DNA from: Sulfurospirillum sp.
GTDB lineage: Bacteria; Campylobacterota; Campylobacteria; Campylobacterales; Sulfurospirillaceae
DNA length: 64,000 nucleotides
Direction: 5' to 3'
NCBI GenBank assembly: GCA_045047115.1
Contig: JASFYR010000019.1
Location: 1-64,000, forward strand
The notes beneath the pieces are model-generated. The model had not been told where the DNA came from, ran no database searches, and worked only from the letters and a program-made list of their open reading frames with translations. The position numbers and the translations under genes were made by a program. Positions 19,796 through 33,299 of this stretch are shown in pieces (positions within the stretch are counted from its first letter, which is position 1; every line of letters begins with the position of its first letter).

Positions 19796-20818
19796 TCAGA
19801 TTATAAGCATTGCATCGCCATAAGAGAAAAATCTATACTCTTTTTTGACCGCTTCTTTATATAATTCCATAGTCTTTTCGATACCCACAAATGAAGCAAC
19901 CAGCATGATGAGTGTTGACTTTGGCAGGTGAAAATTTGTCAAAAGATGATTTACTCTTAGAGGCTTGTTTTGTGGGTGCAAAAACAGATCGCAATACCCA
20001 TGTGTCTCTTTTGTTCTCGCATAGTATTCAACTGTTCTAGTGACAGTTGTGCCAACTGCAAGAAGAGGTCTATTCGAGTTTAGCAACTCCTTGGTTGGTG
20101 TGTCAATATCAAAGTATTCGCTATGCATTTTGTGCTCTTTTATATCTTCGCAGGTAACTGGCTTAAAAGTCCCGGCACCTACATGCAGAGTTAAAATTTT
20201 CGTCTCAAATCTCCTCTTTAGCTCTTCAAATTTTTCTTCGCTAAAATGCAAGGAAGCTGTCGGAGCAGCTACTGCACCTCTGTTTTGTGCAAAAACGCTC
20301 TGATAATCCTCGCTGTCTTTTTCTTCATCTTCTCTTTTTATATATGGAGGCAGCGGGATATGTCCAATTTTTTCAAGTATATCAAATAGCTTATGTGTTG
20401 GTACTTTTTTACCATTTTGTAGAAATTCTATAACTCTTAAGCCATCATCTCTCAGCTCTTTTACCGTGGCTTCAAGGCTGTCATCAAACAGTAGTTTTGT
20501 CCCAACTCTAACCCGGCCCCTTATGTATGTTGAGTACAGATTATCCTGCAAAGGGGAATTTAGAAGCAACTCAATCTTTCCACCGCTTAGCTTGTGACCA
20601 AAAATTCTGGCTTTGACAACTTTGGTATTATTTAAAACAACAGCACACTCTTGTGGAAAAAAATCAAAAATATCTCTAAAAATCGTATGAGTTATTTGTT
20701 GTTTTTTTCTCTCGTAGACCAATACTCTTGCATCGTCTTTTGGCTCAATTGGATAAGAGGCTATGAGATTAGAGGGAAGTTCATAATCATATGTAGAAAC
20801 TTTGTAAGAATCCAACAA
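19796..20818 (-). CDS. queA: S-adenosylmethionine:tRNA ribosyltransferase-isomerase
   Basis: YDYELP, PLPPYIKR, GAVAAPTASLHF, TNFHLPKSTL, YRFFSYGDAM. Confidence 0.97.
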   Translation of the reverse strand: MLDSYKVSTYDYELPSNLIASYPIEPKDDARVLVYERKKQQITHTIFRDIFDFFPQECAVVLNNTKVVKARIFGHKLSGGKIELLLNSPLQDNLYSTYIRGRVRVGTKLLFDDSLEATVKELRDDGLRVIEFLQNGKKVPTHKLFDILEKIGHIPLPPYIKREDEEKDSEDYQSVFAQNRGAVAAPTASLHFSEEKFEELKRRFETKILTLHVGAGTFKPVTCEDIKEHKMHSEYFDIDTPTKELLNSNRPLLAVGTTVTRTVEYYARTKETHGYCDLFLHPQNKPLRVNHLLTNFHLPKSTLIMLVASFVGIEKTMELYKEAVKKEYRFFSYGDAMLII

Positions 20819-21610
20819 TTACTTTTTGCCCTCTATCTCTTCAACTTCTTCTTTTTCCTTATTATCTCCATCTTCTTTTTCCTTATTATCTCCATCTTCT
20901 TTGTCGGCAGGATTTACAATGCGGGCAACTATAATGGAAAGGCCGTAAAGTATAACCAAAGGTCCTGCCATCAAAAACTGAGTCAAAACATCAGGAGGTG
21001 TTAAAAGAGCTGAGGTTGCAAATATAATGATGATAGCGTATCTGAAAAATCCAATCAATGCTTTGTCGTCCACAAGCCCAAGCTTGGCAAAAAAGAAAGT
21101 GATGACAGGCAGTTCAAAAGCCAAACCAAAACCAAATAGAAGTTTTGTAAAGAAGCCTACATACTCACCGATGCTTGGAAGGGCGGTGAATAGTTGCGAA
21201 CCAAAATTTATAAGAAAGTTAAATCCGATAGGTACAACCACATAGTAGCAAAATGCTGAACCACTGATAAACATCAATGTTGCAAAAAATACAAATGGCA
21301 AAACCAATCTCTTCTCTTCTTCATAAAGGCCTGGCGAAACAAATAGCCAAAACTGCCAAAAAAGTACCGGTAGAGAGAAGATGAAAGCAGTAAAAAATGA
21401 GACCTTAAGAGCTGTAAAGAAGGGTTCCTGGACTTTTGTGAAGATCACATGAGAGCCTTCTGGCAAAACTCCGTTTAGTGGAGCTATCATCCATGCGAGT
21501 ATCGGCTCCCAAAATGAAAAACAGATAAAAAACATAATAAATACAGCTGCAACACTTATGTCCAGCCTCTTTCTTAGTTCGGCTAAGTGTGGTCTTAATT
21601 CATCAAACAT
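20819..21610 (-). CDS. tatC: Twin-arginine translocase TatC
   Basis: HLAELRKRL, FVSPGLY..EK, FELPV, LTPPD; start placed at MFDEL, overlapping the tatB stop. Confidence 0.96.
   Translation of the reverse strand: MFDELRPHLAELRKRLDISVAAVFIMFFICFSFWEPILAWMIAPLNGVLPEGSHVIFTKVQEPFFTALKVSFFTAFIFSLPVLFWQFWLFVSPGLYEEEKRLVLPFVFFATLMFISGSAFCYYVVVPIGFNFLINFGSQLFTALPSIGEYVGFFTKLLFGFGLAFELPVITFFFAKLGLVDDKALIGFFRYAIIIIFATSALLTPPDVLTQFLMAGPLVILYGLSIIVARIVNPADKEDGDNKEKEDGDNKEKEEVEEIEGKK
20847..20902. repeat. 24-bp in-frame tandem repeat (about 2.3 copies) in the tatC 3' end
   Basis: TCTTCTTTTTCCTTATTATCTCCA twice plus a partial copy; encodes (KEDGDNKE)2. Confidence 0.9.
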
Positions 21611-22007
21611 TTTTTTCCTCTGCTTTGTCATTTTGTATTATTCTATCGGTGTTTATAGGATTTTTTACGATATTTTTTGTTTTTTCTACATCATTTTTGA
21701 TATCTTTGATGGCTTCACTTATATCTTTTGTGCTACTTTTTATCTCTTCAAGCTCATCAAAAGAGAGCTGTTTTTTTGCACTTGTTGATGCAGAATCAAG
21801 CTTCTTTTTGTATGCCATAGCCTCTTCCTTGAGATCTTGTATCTGCATCTCTTGTTCCAGGGAGGATTTTGCTTCATTTATACTACTTTTAAAGCTTTTG
21901 AAAAATTTTGCTATCTGCACCATGGCTTCCGGTAGTTTATCCGGTCCTAAAAAAAGTACAGCGATGATGACTACTAGGAGTATCTCGCTAAAACCCATTC
22001 CAAACAT
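21603..22007 (-). CDS. tatB: Twin-arginine translocase TatB
   Basis: MFGMGFSEILLVVIIAVLFLGPDKLP. Confidence 0.95.
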   Translation of the reverse strand: MFGMGFSEILLVVIIAVLFLGPDKLPEAMVQIAKFFKSFKSSINEAKSSLEQEMQIQDLKEEAMAYKKKLDSASTSAKKQLSFDELEEIKSSTKDISEAIKDIKNDVEKTKNIVKNPINTDRIIQNDKAEEKNV

Positions 22008-22076
22008 ATTTACACCTTCTTGAATTAAAAGACAGATTATATCTTATATTTAATCAAAAAAAGATAAATCAGAGTG

Positions 22077-22115
22077 AGATTTACTACTTTTTATCTTATA
22101 AAAAGTAGTAAATCT
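22077..22115. repeat. Perfect 18-bp inverted repeat in the divergent tatB/hemH region
   Basis: AGATTTACTACTTTTTAT-CTT-ATAAAAAGTAGTAAATCT. Confidence 0.9.
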
Positions 22116-22156
22116 ATATACTGTTAAAAAAAGAAAACAAAAGGCTTAATAATTTC

Positions 22157-23089
22157 ATGAAGAGTGCAATTTTACTTTTAAACATGGGTGGACCAAACAA
22201 TCTATCTGAGGTGAAAACTTTTTTAACTAATATGTTTAATGATAAAGCTATCATTTCCGCCCCCTTTTTTATCAGAAAATTTATAGCTCATTCGATTGTT
22301 AAGAACAGACTGAGGGAGGCTACACAAAACTATAAGCTGCTAGGAGGAGTATCCCCAATTGTCGGATATACAAAAGAGTTAGTGAAGGAGTTAAGTAAAG
22401 ATATGAGCGAGGATGTCTTTTATATCATGCGCTATACTCCACCTTTCGCCTATGATGTGCTTAAAGATATAAAAAATTATAGCAGTTTTTTTGTTATTCC
22501 TCTATATCCTCACTTCTCTTCCACTACGACTCAGTCTTCATTTGATGATCTTTTTAAGGCTGCAAAAAAATTGAAAATAGATCTGGAAAAGTTTAAAATA
22601 ATAGATAAATTTTATAGCAATACCTCTTATAACAAGGTTATTACTCAAAGGATAAAAGAGACACTAAGCGGTGATAATCCGCAAGAGTTTGAGTTGGTAT
22701 TTTCTGCTCATGGTCTCCCTCAAAAGATTATAGACAAAGGCGACCCTTATATGGCGCATATAAAACAAAATGTTTATTATGCAAGAAAAGAGCTGTTAAA
22801 AAGTGGAATCAATTTTTTTGCGACTCATTTGGCTTACCAATCAAGAGTAGGGTCTATGGAGTGGATAAAACCATATCTGGAAGACAAACTGAAATCTCTA
22901 AAAAAAAGAAGAGTCGTCATATATCCGATAGCTTTTTTGATAGACAATTCTGAAACTGAGTTTGAACTTGATATAGAGTACAGGGATATCGCAAAAGAGC
23001 TTGGTTTTAAAGATTATAGAGTAGCCAAAGCCCCAAATATACTGATAAAAGAGACTTTAAAACAATTAATCCGTGATAAAAAGTGCTAA
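22157..23089 (+). CDS. hemH: Ferrochelatase
   Basis: LLNMGGP, MRYTPP, PLYPHFSSTTT, FSAHGLP, GDPY, YQSRVG..WIKP, DNSET.FELD. Confidence 0.96.
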   Translation: MKSAILLLNMGGPNNLSEVKTFLTNMFNDKAIISAPFFIRKFIAHSIVKNRLREATQNYKLLGGVSPIVGYTKELVKELSKDMSEDVFYIMRYTPPFAYDVLKDIKNYSSFFVIPLYPHFSSTTTQSSFDDLFKAAKKLKIDLEKFKIIDKFYSNTSYNKVITQRIKETLSGDNPQEFELVFSAHGLPQKIIDKGDPYMAHIKQNVYYARKELLKSGINFFATHLAYQSRVGSMEWIKPYLEDKLKSLKKRRVVIYPIAFLIDNSETEFELDIEYRDIAKELGFKDYRVAKAPNILIKETLKQLIRDKKC

Positions 23090-24121
23090 TTCGTCGCTGA
23101 GAAAATAATCTGTATTATAAATTCTGTCATCTTTCTTGACTAACTTGTTGGATTCTAAAAGAATTTTGATTTTTTCTAACTCTCTTTTATTGAAATTTGC
23201 TAGTTTCACTCCCAATTTGCATCTTAATCCTAAAAAAACGGACTCTATATGTAAAGCCTCTTTTGAGAGATTTTCAACCTCTTTGTATGTAGGGTCTTGC
23301 ATATAGCTTTCTATCTCTTTGGCAGGATAAAACCTTTTGTCTTTTAGAAATCCAACTGCTCCGGAGCCTATGCCTATATAGTCATTTTGTGCCCAATAAC
23401 CCAGATTATGGACACTTTGGTATATGCCAAAATTTGATATTTCATATGAGGGGAAGTTTAGACTTTCTATCTCTTTGGTAAAAAATTTTGCAAGGCTTAG
23501 TGAGTCTTTTGCGACATTTGGAGTTTTGAAAAAGTCAGTGTTTTCTTCTATGGTAAGTGAATATGCACTTAAGTGGTTTATCGGAAGTGATTTTGCTGTT
23601 TTAAGGTCTTTGAGCAAGAGTGTTTTGCTGTCTTTTGTCGTTCCATAAATCAAATCCAAAGAGATATTTTCAAAACCGGCTTTTTTTGCATTGCTTATAG
23701 CTTGGAGTGCTGTTTTTTTATTGTGATTTCTTCCTAAAAATTTCAATTTTTTATCATCAAAGCTTTGAACTCCAAAGCTTATACGGTTAACTCCTAGATT
23801 TTTCATCCCTTCGAGCCATTTTGAAGATGCCGAGTTTGGGTTTGCTTCTATTGTTATTTCTGCGTCGTTTTTTAGATATGGATTTAGGAGTTTAAAAAAA
23901 TCTTCATATAGTGCCGGTTTTATCGTAGATGGGGTGCCTCCTCCGATAAATAGGGACTTTATACTCTTTTTGAGAGGCTTGAAAAGTAACAATTCAGCCT
24001 CCAGTTGTTTTACTATGGCCTGCATGTATCTGTTTTTCAGCTCAAACTTATCGACATAAGAGTTAAAAGCACAATAGTAACATTTGCTGTCACAAAAGGG
24101 TATATGAAGATATATAAGCAT
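23066..24121 (-). CDS. hemW: Radical SAM heme chaperone HemW (HemN-like)
   Basis: YLHIPFCDSKCYYCAF, GGGTPS, EANP, NRISFGVQSF, YEISNF, HNLGYW (HNxxYW is typical of HemW). Confidence 0.92.
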   Translation of the reverse strand: MLIYLHIPFCDSKCYYCAFNSYVDKFELKNRYMQAIVKQLEAELLLFKPLKKSIKSLFIGGGTPSTIKPALYEDFFKLLNPYLKNDAEITIEANPNSASSKWLEGMKNLGVNRISFGVQSFDDKKLKFLGRNHNKKTALQAISNAKKAGFENISLDLIYGTTKDSKTLLLKDLKTAKSLPINHLSAYSLTIEENTDFFKTPNVAKDSLSLAKFFTKEIESLNFPSYEISNFGIYQSVHNLGYWAQNDYIGIGSGAVGFLKDKRFYPAKEIESYMQDPTYKEVENLSKEALHIESVFLGLRCKLGVKLANFNKRELEKIKILLESNKLVKKDDRIYNTDYFLSDELALFITD

Positions 24122-24144
24122 TTATAAATCACTTTTTTGATAAA

Positions 24145-24179
24145 ATCTGACTTCACATGCTATTGATGTGAAGTCAGAT
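24145..24179. repeat. Perfect 14-bp inverted repeat in the divergent hemW/rppH region
   Basis: ATCTGACTTCACAT-GCTATTG-ATGTGAAGTCAGAT. Confidence 0.9.
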
Positions 24180-24214
24180 AGTATTTTATACTAAATAAAC
24201 AGAAAGTTAGATAA

Positions 24215-24685
24215 ATGCCGGAAATAAAAAGATACAGACCAAATGTCGCTGCTGTTATACTCTCCAGTGCCTATCCGTTAAAATGTCAATTTTTAGTGGC
24301 CAGAAGGGAAGATATAAAGGATGTTTGGCAGTTTCCTCAAGGTGGCATTGATGAGGGAGAGAGTACAAAAGAGGCATTATTCAGGGAGCTTAAAGAGGAG
24401 ATTGGTACGAACAAGATAGAGATCTTAGCCAAATATCCACAAGAGTTAAAGTATGATTTTCCAAAAACCATCGCTAAAAGGATGTATCCATTTGATGGCC
24501 AAAGTCAAACATATTTTTTAGTTAGATTAAAAGATAATGCCAAGATAAAGTTAGATACAAAACATCCGGAATTTGATGATTATAAGTTTGTAAAAAGAAA
24601 AGAAATTTTTGATTTGGTGGCGTATTTTAAGAGGCCGGTTTATCAAAAAGTTATAAATTATTTTAAAAAAGAGGGTTATTTATAA
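24215..24685 (+). CDS. rppH: RNA pyrophosphohydrolase
   Basis: YRPNV, WQFPQGGIDEGE...RELKEEIG Nudix box, GQSQ, FKRPVY. Confidence 0.95.
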   Translation: MPEIKRYRPNVAAVILSSAYPLKCQFLVARREDIKDVWQFPQGGIDEGESTKEALFRELKEEIGTNKIEILAKYPQELKYDFPKTIAKRMYPFDGQSQTYFLVRLKDNAKIKLDTKHPEFDDYKFVKRKEIFDLVAYFKRPVYQKVINYFKKEGYL

Positions 24686-24687
24686 TA

Positions 24688-25890
24688 ATGTTGATAGTTC
24701 AAAAATACGGAGGTACCAGTGTAGGTACCCTTGAGCGCATAAAAGAGGTTGCTAAGAGAGTAGCAAGAACAAAAGAGAGTGGAAGTGATGTAGTTGTCGT
24801 AGTCTCTGCGATGAGTGGAGAGACAAATAAGCTGATACAGATGGCACAGAGTCTAAGTAGTGATCCCAAAAGAAGAGAGATGGACCTTTTACTTAGTTCG
24901 GGTGAGAGAGTTACAAGTGCACTTTTGGCCATTTTGCTTACAGAGATGGGGCATGAAACCATTGCTATGAGTGGCAGACAGGCGGGAATAATAACAGACA
25001 GTGTTCATACCAAGGCTAGAATCAATCATATAGATAAAAGCCATATTGAAAATGAGTTAAAAAAAGGTTTGATTGTTGTTGTTGCAGGTTTTCAAGGTAT
25101 CACTGAAATTGGAGAAGTTTCAACACTAGGAAGAGGGGGAAGCGATCTCAGTGCAGTTGCGATTGCCGGAGCGTTGGGAGCCGATATGTGTGAAATTTAT
25201 ACAGATGTCGACGGTGTCTATACAACAGATCCGAGGATTGAGCCGAAAGCAAAAAAATTAAATCAGATAAGTTATGATGAGATGCTGGAACTCGCCAGCT
25301 TGGGCGCAAAAGTTTTACAGACAAGATCGGTTGAATTAGCAAAAAAACTAAATGTAAATTTGGTTACAAGAAGCAGTTTCAATGACAATGAAGGAACTTA
25401 TATATTAAAAGAAGAGGATATTATGGAAAAACCATTAGTAAGTGGGATAGCAATAGATAAAAATCAAGCGAGAATTACGCTAAGAGGTGTTACTGACAAA
25501 CCCGGAATTGCAGCAGAGATATTTAGAAAACTGGCGGATGTCGGTGTAAATGTAGATATGATTATCCAAAATGTCGGGCTTGACGGGGCTACAAATCTAG
25601 GTTTTACCATTCCCAAAGATGAACTTGATATGACAAAAAATGCAATGGAAGAGATAGAAGCGTCTAGGGACCTGGAGTTTGATCAGCATGTAGTAAAAGT
25701 TTCAGTTGTGGGGGTAGGAATGAAATCTCACAGTGGTGTTGCGTGTAAGGCATTTGACACACTGGCAGAAGAAAATATAAATATAGAGATGATAAGCACA
25801 AGTGAGATAAAAGTCTCAATGATTATAAATGAAAAGTATGGAGAGTTGGCAGTCCGCGCACTCCATGATGCCTACAAGCTGGATAAATAG
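24688..25890 (+). CDS. lysC: Aspartate kinase
   Basis: VQKYGGTSV, TLGRGGSD, DVDGVYTTDPR, two ACT domains. Confidence 0.97.
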   Translation: MLIVQKYGGTSVGTLERIKEVAKRVARTKESGSDVVVVVSAMSGETNKLIQMAQSLSSDPKRREMDLLLSSGERVTSALLAILLTEMGHETIAMSGRQAGIITDSVHTKARINHIDKSHIENELKKGLIVVVAGFQGITEIGEVSTLGRGGSDLSAVAIAGALGADMCEIYTDVDGVYTTDPRIEPKAKKLNQISYDEMLELASLGAKVLQTRSVELAKKLNVNLVTRSSFNDNEGTYILKEEDIMEKPLVSGIAIDKNQARITLRGVTDKPGIAAEIFRKLADVGVNVDMIIQNVGLDGATNLGFTIPKDELDMTKNAMEEIEASRDLEFDQHVVKVSVVGVGMKSHSGVACKAFDTLAEENINIEMISTSEIKVSMIINEKYGELAVRALHDAYKLDK

Positions 25891-26441
25891 TGCAAAAATT
25901 CCTAAAGTGGACATTGGATAATATCAGAAAAGAGAGCTCTATGATGAGCTGGATGGAGGAAAAGAGGTTTGAGTGGGTGCCTTTAAATGTCTCTATGCTG
26001 AAAAATCTTATTGAGGGGCACACAATTGTTGTTATCACTGATGATGACAGAGAGTGGTTTTGTGACTATATGCTAAATGATATAAACAAGCTCTCTAAAA
26101 ACAGACCTCTTTTACCTTTTGTCTCTTTAAATACATTTTATCCGAACATCTCTAGTTTGAAGACAAAAGAGGACATAGAGCTTTTGGAAAACATGCTTTT
26201 TCAGGCCTTTCCACATGGATATACATATTTTTATATCGGTAAAAACAACAATATAAAAATGCAGATTGCAAAAAGAAGGGATGACAGTTTTATTTGGGTG
26301 ATGGATGAGCAGCTTCAAAATAGTTTTTTTCTCTCAAGTGCAGATGAAAATCTAGATATAAAACTGATACAGCTATATAAGCTTTTAGACAAAAGCATCA
26401 ATGCCTTGCTCTTCGCAGAGGTTGATTTTGAGAGTGAATGA
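25890..26441 (+). CDS. hobA: DNA replication regulator HobA
   Basis: FLKWTL..IR, WMEEKRFEWVPL, NRPLLP, DIKLIQL; lies between lysC and holB. Confidence 0.9.
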   Translation: MQKFLKWTLDNIRKESSMMSWMEEKRFEWVPLNVSMLKNLIEGHTIVVITDDDREWFCDYMLNDINKLSKNRPLLPFVSLNTFYPNISSLKTKEDIELLENMLFQAFPHGYTYFYIGKNNNIKMQIAKRRDDSFIWVMDEQLQNSFFLSSADENLDIKLIQLYKLLDKSINALLFAEVDFESE

Positions 26442-27069
26442 CGAAGAAATTACAAGCTATATTCTGGCTTGTAAAAATCTGGAGCTGGCTTATGAAACCC
26501 TAAGAGAGCAGTATAGTGAGCAAAACTGTAAATTTTTCATAAAAGACAGTGAAAAACAGAGTGAGGATTTTTTGCTTGAGGATGCCAAAAGTGTTGTGAA
26601 AGAAGCTTATGTAGCCGAGAGTGAAAAGAAAATCATAATTTTAGGGGCAAAAACTTACAATATTTATGCTCAAAATTCACTTCTCAAAATTCTCGAAGAG
26701 CCACCGAAAAATATAATTTTTATACTTGTTTGTGAAAGTAAAAATGTTTTTTTGCCGACTATTCGCTCTCGTCTCTTGCTAAAAGAGTTGGATTTTAGTG
26801 AAGAGAGAGTGGAGACAGAGTTAAATCTGGCAAATCTTGATCTTAAAGATATATATGATTTTGTCCAAAAAAACTCAAGAGTAAAAAAAAATGAGTTGAA
26901 AAATTTGATGCAGGTGATTGTCAGCGAGGCTATCATAAGATATGGCATCTCGTTTAGGACAAAAGAGTTGGAGCATTTTGAAAAACTCTTGCAGCTTAGT
27001 GAGTTAAATTCAAGACCTGTAAACATCTTAATCTCGCTACTTTTAACAATATATCTAAAAAGAGATTAA
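26434..27069 (+). CDS. holB: DNA polymerase III subunit delta'
   Basis: AQNSLLKILEEPP, LPTIRSR; start placed at GTG 26434. Confidence 0.88.
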   Translation: MNDEEITSYILACKNLELAYETLREQYSEQNCKFFIKDSEKQSEDFLLEDAKSVVKEAYVAESEKKIIILGAKTYNIYAQNSLLKILEEPPKNIIFILVCESKNVFLPTIRSRLLLKELDFSEERVETELNLANLDLKDIYDFVQKNSRVKKNELKNLMQVIVSEAIIRYGISFRTKELEHFEKLLQLSELNSRPVNILISLLLTIYLKRD

Positions 27070-27070
27070 A

Positions 27071-28212
27071 GTGAGAGTATATAAAATTTCAAAGAATACT
27101 CCTTTGAATAAGCTTTTTGGTGAAATAGGAGTTACAAAAGAAGGCTCAAAAATACTCCAGAGAAAAGCAGGAGTAAATTTGATATATATAAAAGATATAA
27201 AATCTCCGGCAGCAAATATACTGAAGCAAGATGCTCTCTCTATCGGTGCTGATTTGGCTGTACCAAAAGATTGTGTTACATGTAGAGCCGAGTTTGTAGA
27301 TGCAATTTTGATTGCAAATGATACCATGCTTAAAAAATTAAGCATTAAAGAGAGAACTCAACCATTTGGGCTTAAGGATTTAGCCAAGAGTTTAAGTGAT
27401 TTTGTACTGTTTAGGCAAGAGAAGACTAAGATTATGGGTGTTTTAAATGCAAATAATGACAGTTTTTTTTCGCAAAGCAGATTTTGTGCGGATGATGCTA
27501 GAAAGAAGATTGAGGCTATGATGGAGGAGGGTGCGGATATCATTGATATTGGTGGGGTCTCAAGCCGTCCGGGCAGTGTTGGAGTTAGCGAAAATGAGGA
27601 GTTTACCAGGGTTAAAGACATCATAGAGACAGTAAGAAAGTATAAATTATATGAGAGAGTAGAATTTTCCTTAGACAGCTACTCACCTTTAAGCTTAAAA
27701 TATGCCCTGGACAGTGGTTTTAGTATAGTCAATGATATAACCGCCCTAAAAAATGATGAGGTTGCGCTCCTCGCTTCAAAATACGATGCAACGGTTGTGC
27801 TTATGCATAAGCTTGGTTCTACGCAGGATATGCAAAAAGACCCACACTATGATAATGTTGTACTTGATGTTGATGATTTTTTTGCTCAAAGGATAAAAAA
27901 AGCGAAAGATTTTGGTATAAAAGATATAATTTTAGATGTCGGAATTGGATTTGGTAAAAAGCTTGAACACAATCTCTCTCTCTTGCAGAATTTGGAGCAT
28001 TTTTTGCATTTTGACTGCCCTCTTTTGGTGGGAGCCAGTAGAAAGTCCATGATTGATATGATATATCCCAGCCAAATCAAAGAGAGACTTCCTGGCACTT
28101 TGGCGATTCATCTCGAATCAATTAAAAGAGGAGCTTCGATTTTAAGAGTTCATGATGTCAAAGAACATATCCAAGCCATAAAAGTCCAAAAAGCTATAGA
28201 AGAAGCGTTTTA

Positions 28213-28213
<1 letters not shown>
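27071..28213 (+). CDS. folP: Dihydropteroate synthase with epsilon-type N-terminal extension
   Basis: IMGVLN...DSF, DIGGVSSRPG, DVGIGFGK, GASRKS, RVHDV. Confidence 0.95.
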
Positions 28214-31629
<3,416 letters not shown>

Positions 31630-32431
31630 GATAGATTCTATTGCAATTGGTGTTTTTGATGGATTTCATCTTGGACACAAGGAGCTTTTAAAAAGGCTTA
31701 CTCCAAATGGTGCTATTTTGATAATTTATAAAGAAATAGCAAATATAACCCCGGGTTTTACGAGAGAGAGATTTAGCCCATACCCTTGTATTTTTATGAA
31801 ATTTGCCAGTATAAAAGGGCTCGATTGTGCTGAATTTATTTCTATCTTGATGAGTCATTTTCCGTCTTTAAAGAAGATAGTGGTTGGATATGATTTTAAA
31901 TTTGGTGCAAATAGAGCCTGCGATATCTATGACTTAAAGCAGATGTTTGCGGGAAAGATTGATGTGGTAGATGAGTTTTTTATAGATGGTGTTTCTGTAC
32001 ACTCATCTAAAATAAGAGAATTCATAAAAAACGGAGAGATTAAGAAAGCCAACACTTTTTTAGGCAGAGAGTATAGCATAGTCGGTAAAGTCATAAAAGG
32101 GCAGGGTTTAGGAAAAAAAGAGCTTTTTCCTACACTCAATATTGAAATTCAAAAATATATCATGCCTAAAAACGGTGTTTATGCCACAAGAGTTTTGATA
32201 GAGGACAAACTGTACGATTCTGTGACATTTATAGGTATAAGAGAGAGCACTGATGGAAACTTTGCCTGTGAGACACATGTGATAGACAAGGATATTTCGC
32301 AAATTGATGAAGTAGAGATATTTTTCGTTGATTTTATAAGAGAAAACAAAAAATTTGACTCTTTGAGCGAACTAAAAGACGCGATAAAAAAAGATATAAC
32401 AGTAAGCACCAATCCATAAAGATTTGCTTGG

Positions 32432-33235
32432 CTAATACTTTTGTACTGATCTAATTAGTTGTTGTTTTTTGTCTTTATACATCAAGGAGTCTACATTTTT
32501 AAAGATTTCTTTAAAATTATTTTTCTCTTTAAAATCAACAATCCCAAAAGAGAAGGTTATATTAAATGTTTTATTCTCATGCTTTAAATTTGTAGCTTCA
32601 AGATTTCTTCTTATGGCTTCCAAAAGTTTTGTCAGTTTGTTTTTGTCGTGATTTTCACTGATGAGTATAAACTCGTCCCCCGCAAAACGAATAGCAAAAG
32701 TATCCTCAACCTTCCTGAGAAGGGAGCCAATCATTGCTAATACTTTGTCTCCTGTAAGATGTCCATAATTATCATTGACGCTCTTGAAGCTGTCAATATC
32801 AACAAAAGCAAAAACTCCGCTGTATTTGAATTTTTCTAAATCAAGATATTTTTCATATAGCCATCTTCTGTTGTATAGGCGGGTCAGTTCGTCTATATAC
32901 AGATCTTCTTGAAGGTGTATTATCTTTCTTTCTAGCGATATGACCGCCTCTTCTATCATTTTTAGATCATTATCATTTTTTTCTACGATGGCTGTTCTGG
33001 CTTTTTGAATATTTGTTTTTAAAAGAGTTGTTGATTTTTCAGTCTCGTCTTTCATCTTTTGAATCTTATTCATGGCATATATAAGTGCTTTCTTTTTCTC
33101 TTTTTCATTGATTTTTATACCTAAATCGTTTGCTTTGGTATAGAAAATATCATTATAAATTTCTGGCAACACAATATCTAGTTTGCGAATCTCTTTTATA
33201 GTCTCGTCGGTTAGTTCGTGTAGCTTTTTATTCAT
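32432..33235 (-). CDS. GGDEF-domain protein (AGDEF variant) with N-terminal coiled coil
   Basis: DELTRLYNRR, DIDSFKSVNDNYGHLTGDKVL, RFAGDEF, TFSFG. Confidence 0.92.
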   Translation of the reverse strand: MNKKLHELTDETIKEIRKLDIVLPEIYNDIFYTKANDLGIKINEKEKKKALIYAMNKIQKMKDETEKSTTLLKTNIQKARTAIVEKNDNDLKMIEEAVISLERKIIHLQEDLYIDELTRLYNRRWLYEKYLDLEKFKYSGVFAFVDIDSFKSVNDNYGHLTGDKVLAMIGSLLRKVEDTFAIRFAGDEFILISENHDKNKLTKLLEAIRRNLEATNLKHENKTFNITFSFGIVDFKEKNNFKEIFKNVDSLMYKDKKQQLIRSVQKY

Positions 33236-33299
33236 TTTATTCTCTTTTTGGTATAATGTTATATGATTACCCCAAAATTATACCCAAAAAAGATGACAA

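Noticed and set aside
27071..27420. FolP N-terminal extension as a novel fusion
   Set aside because: To my knowledge this extension is typical of epsilonproteobacterial FolP.
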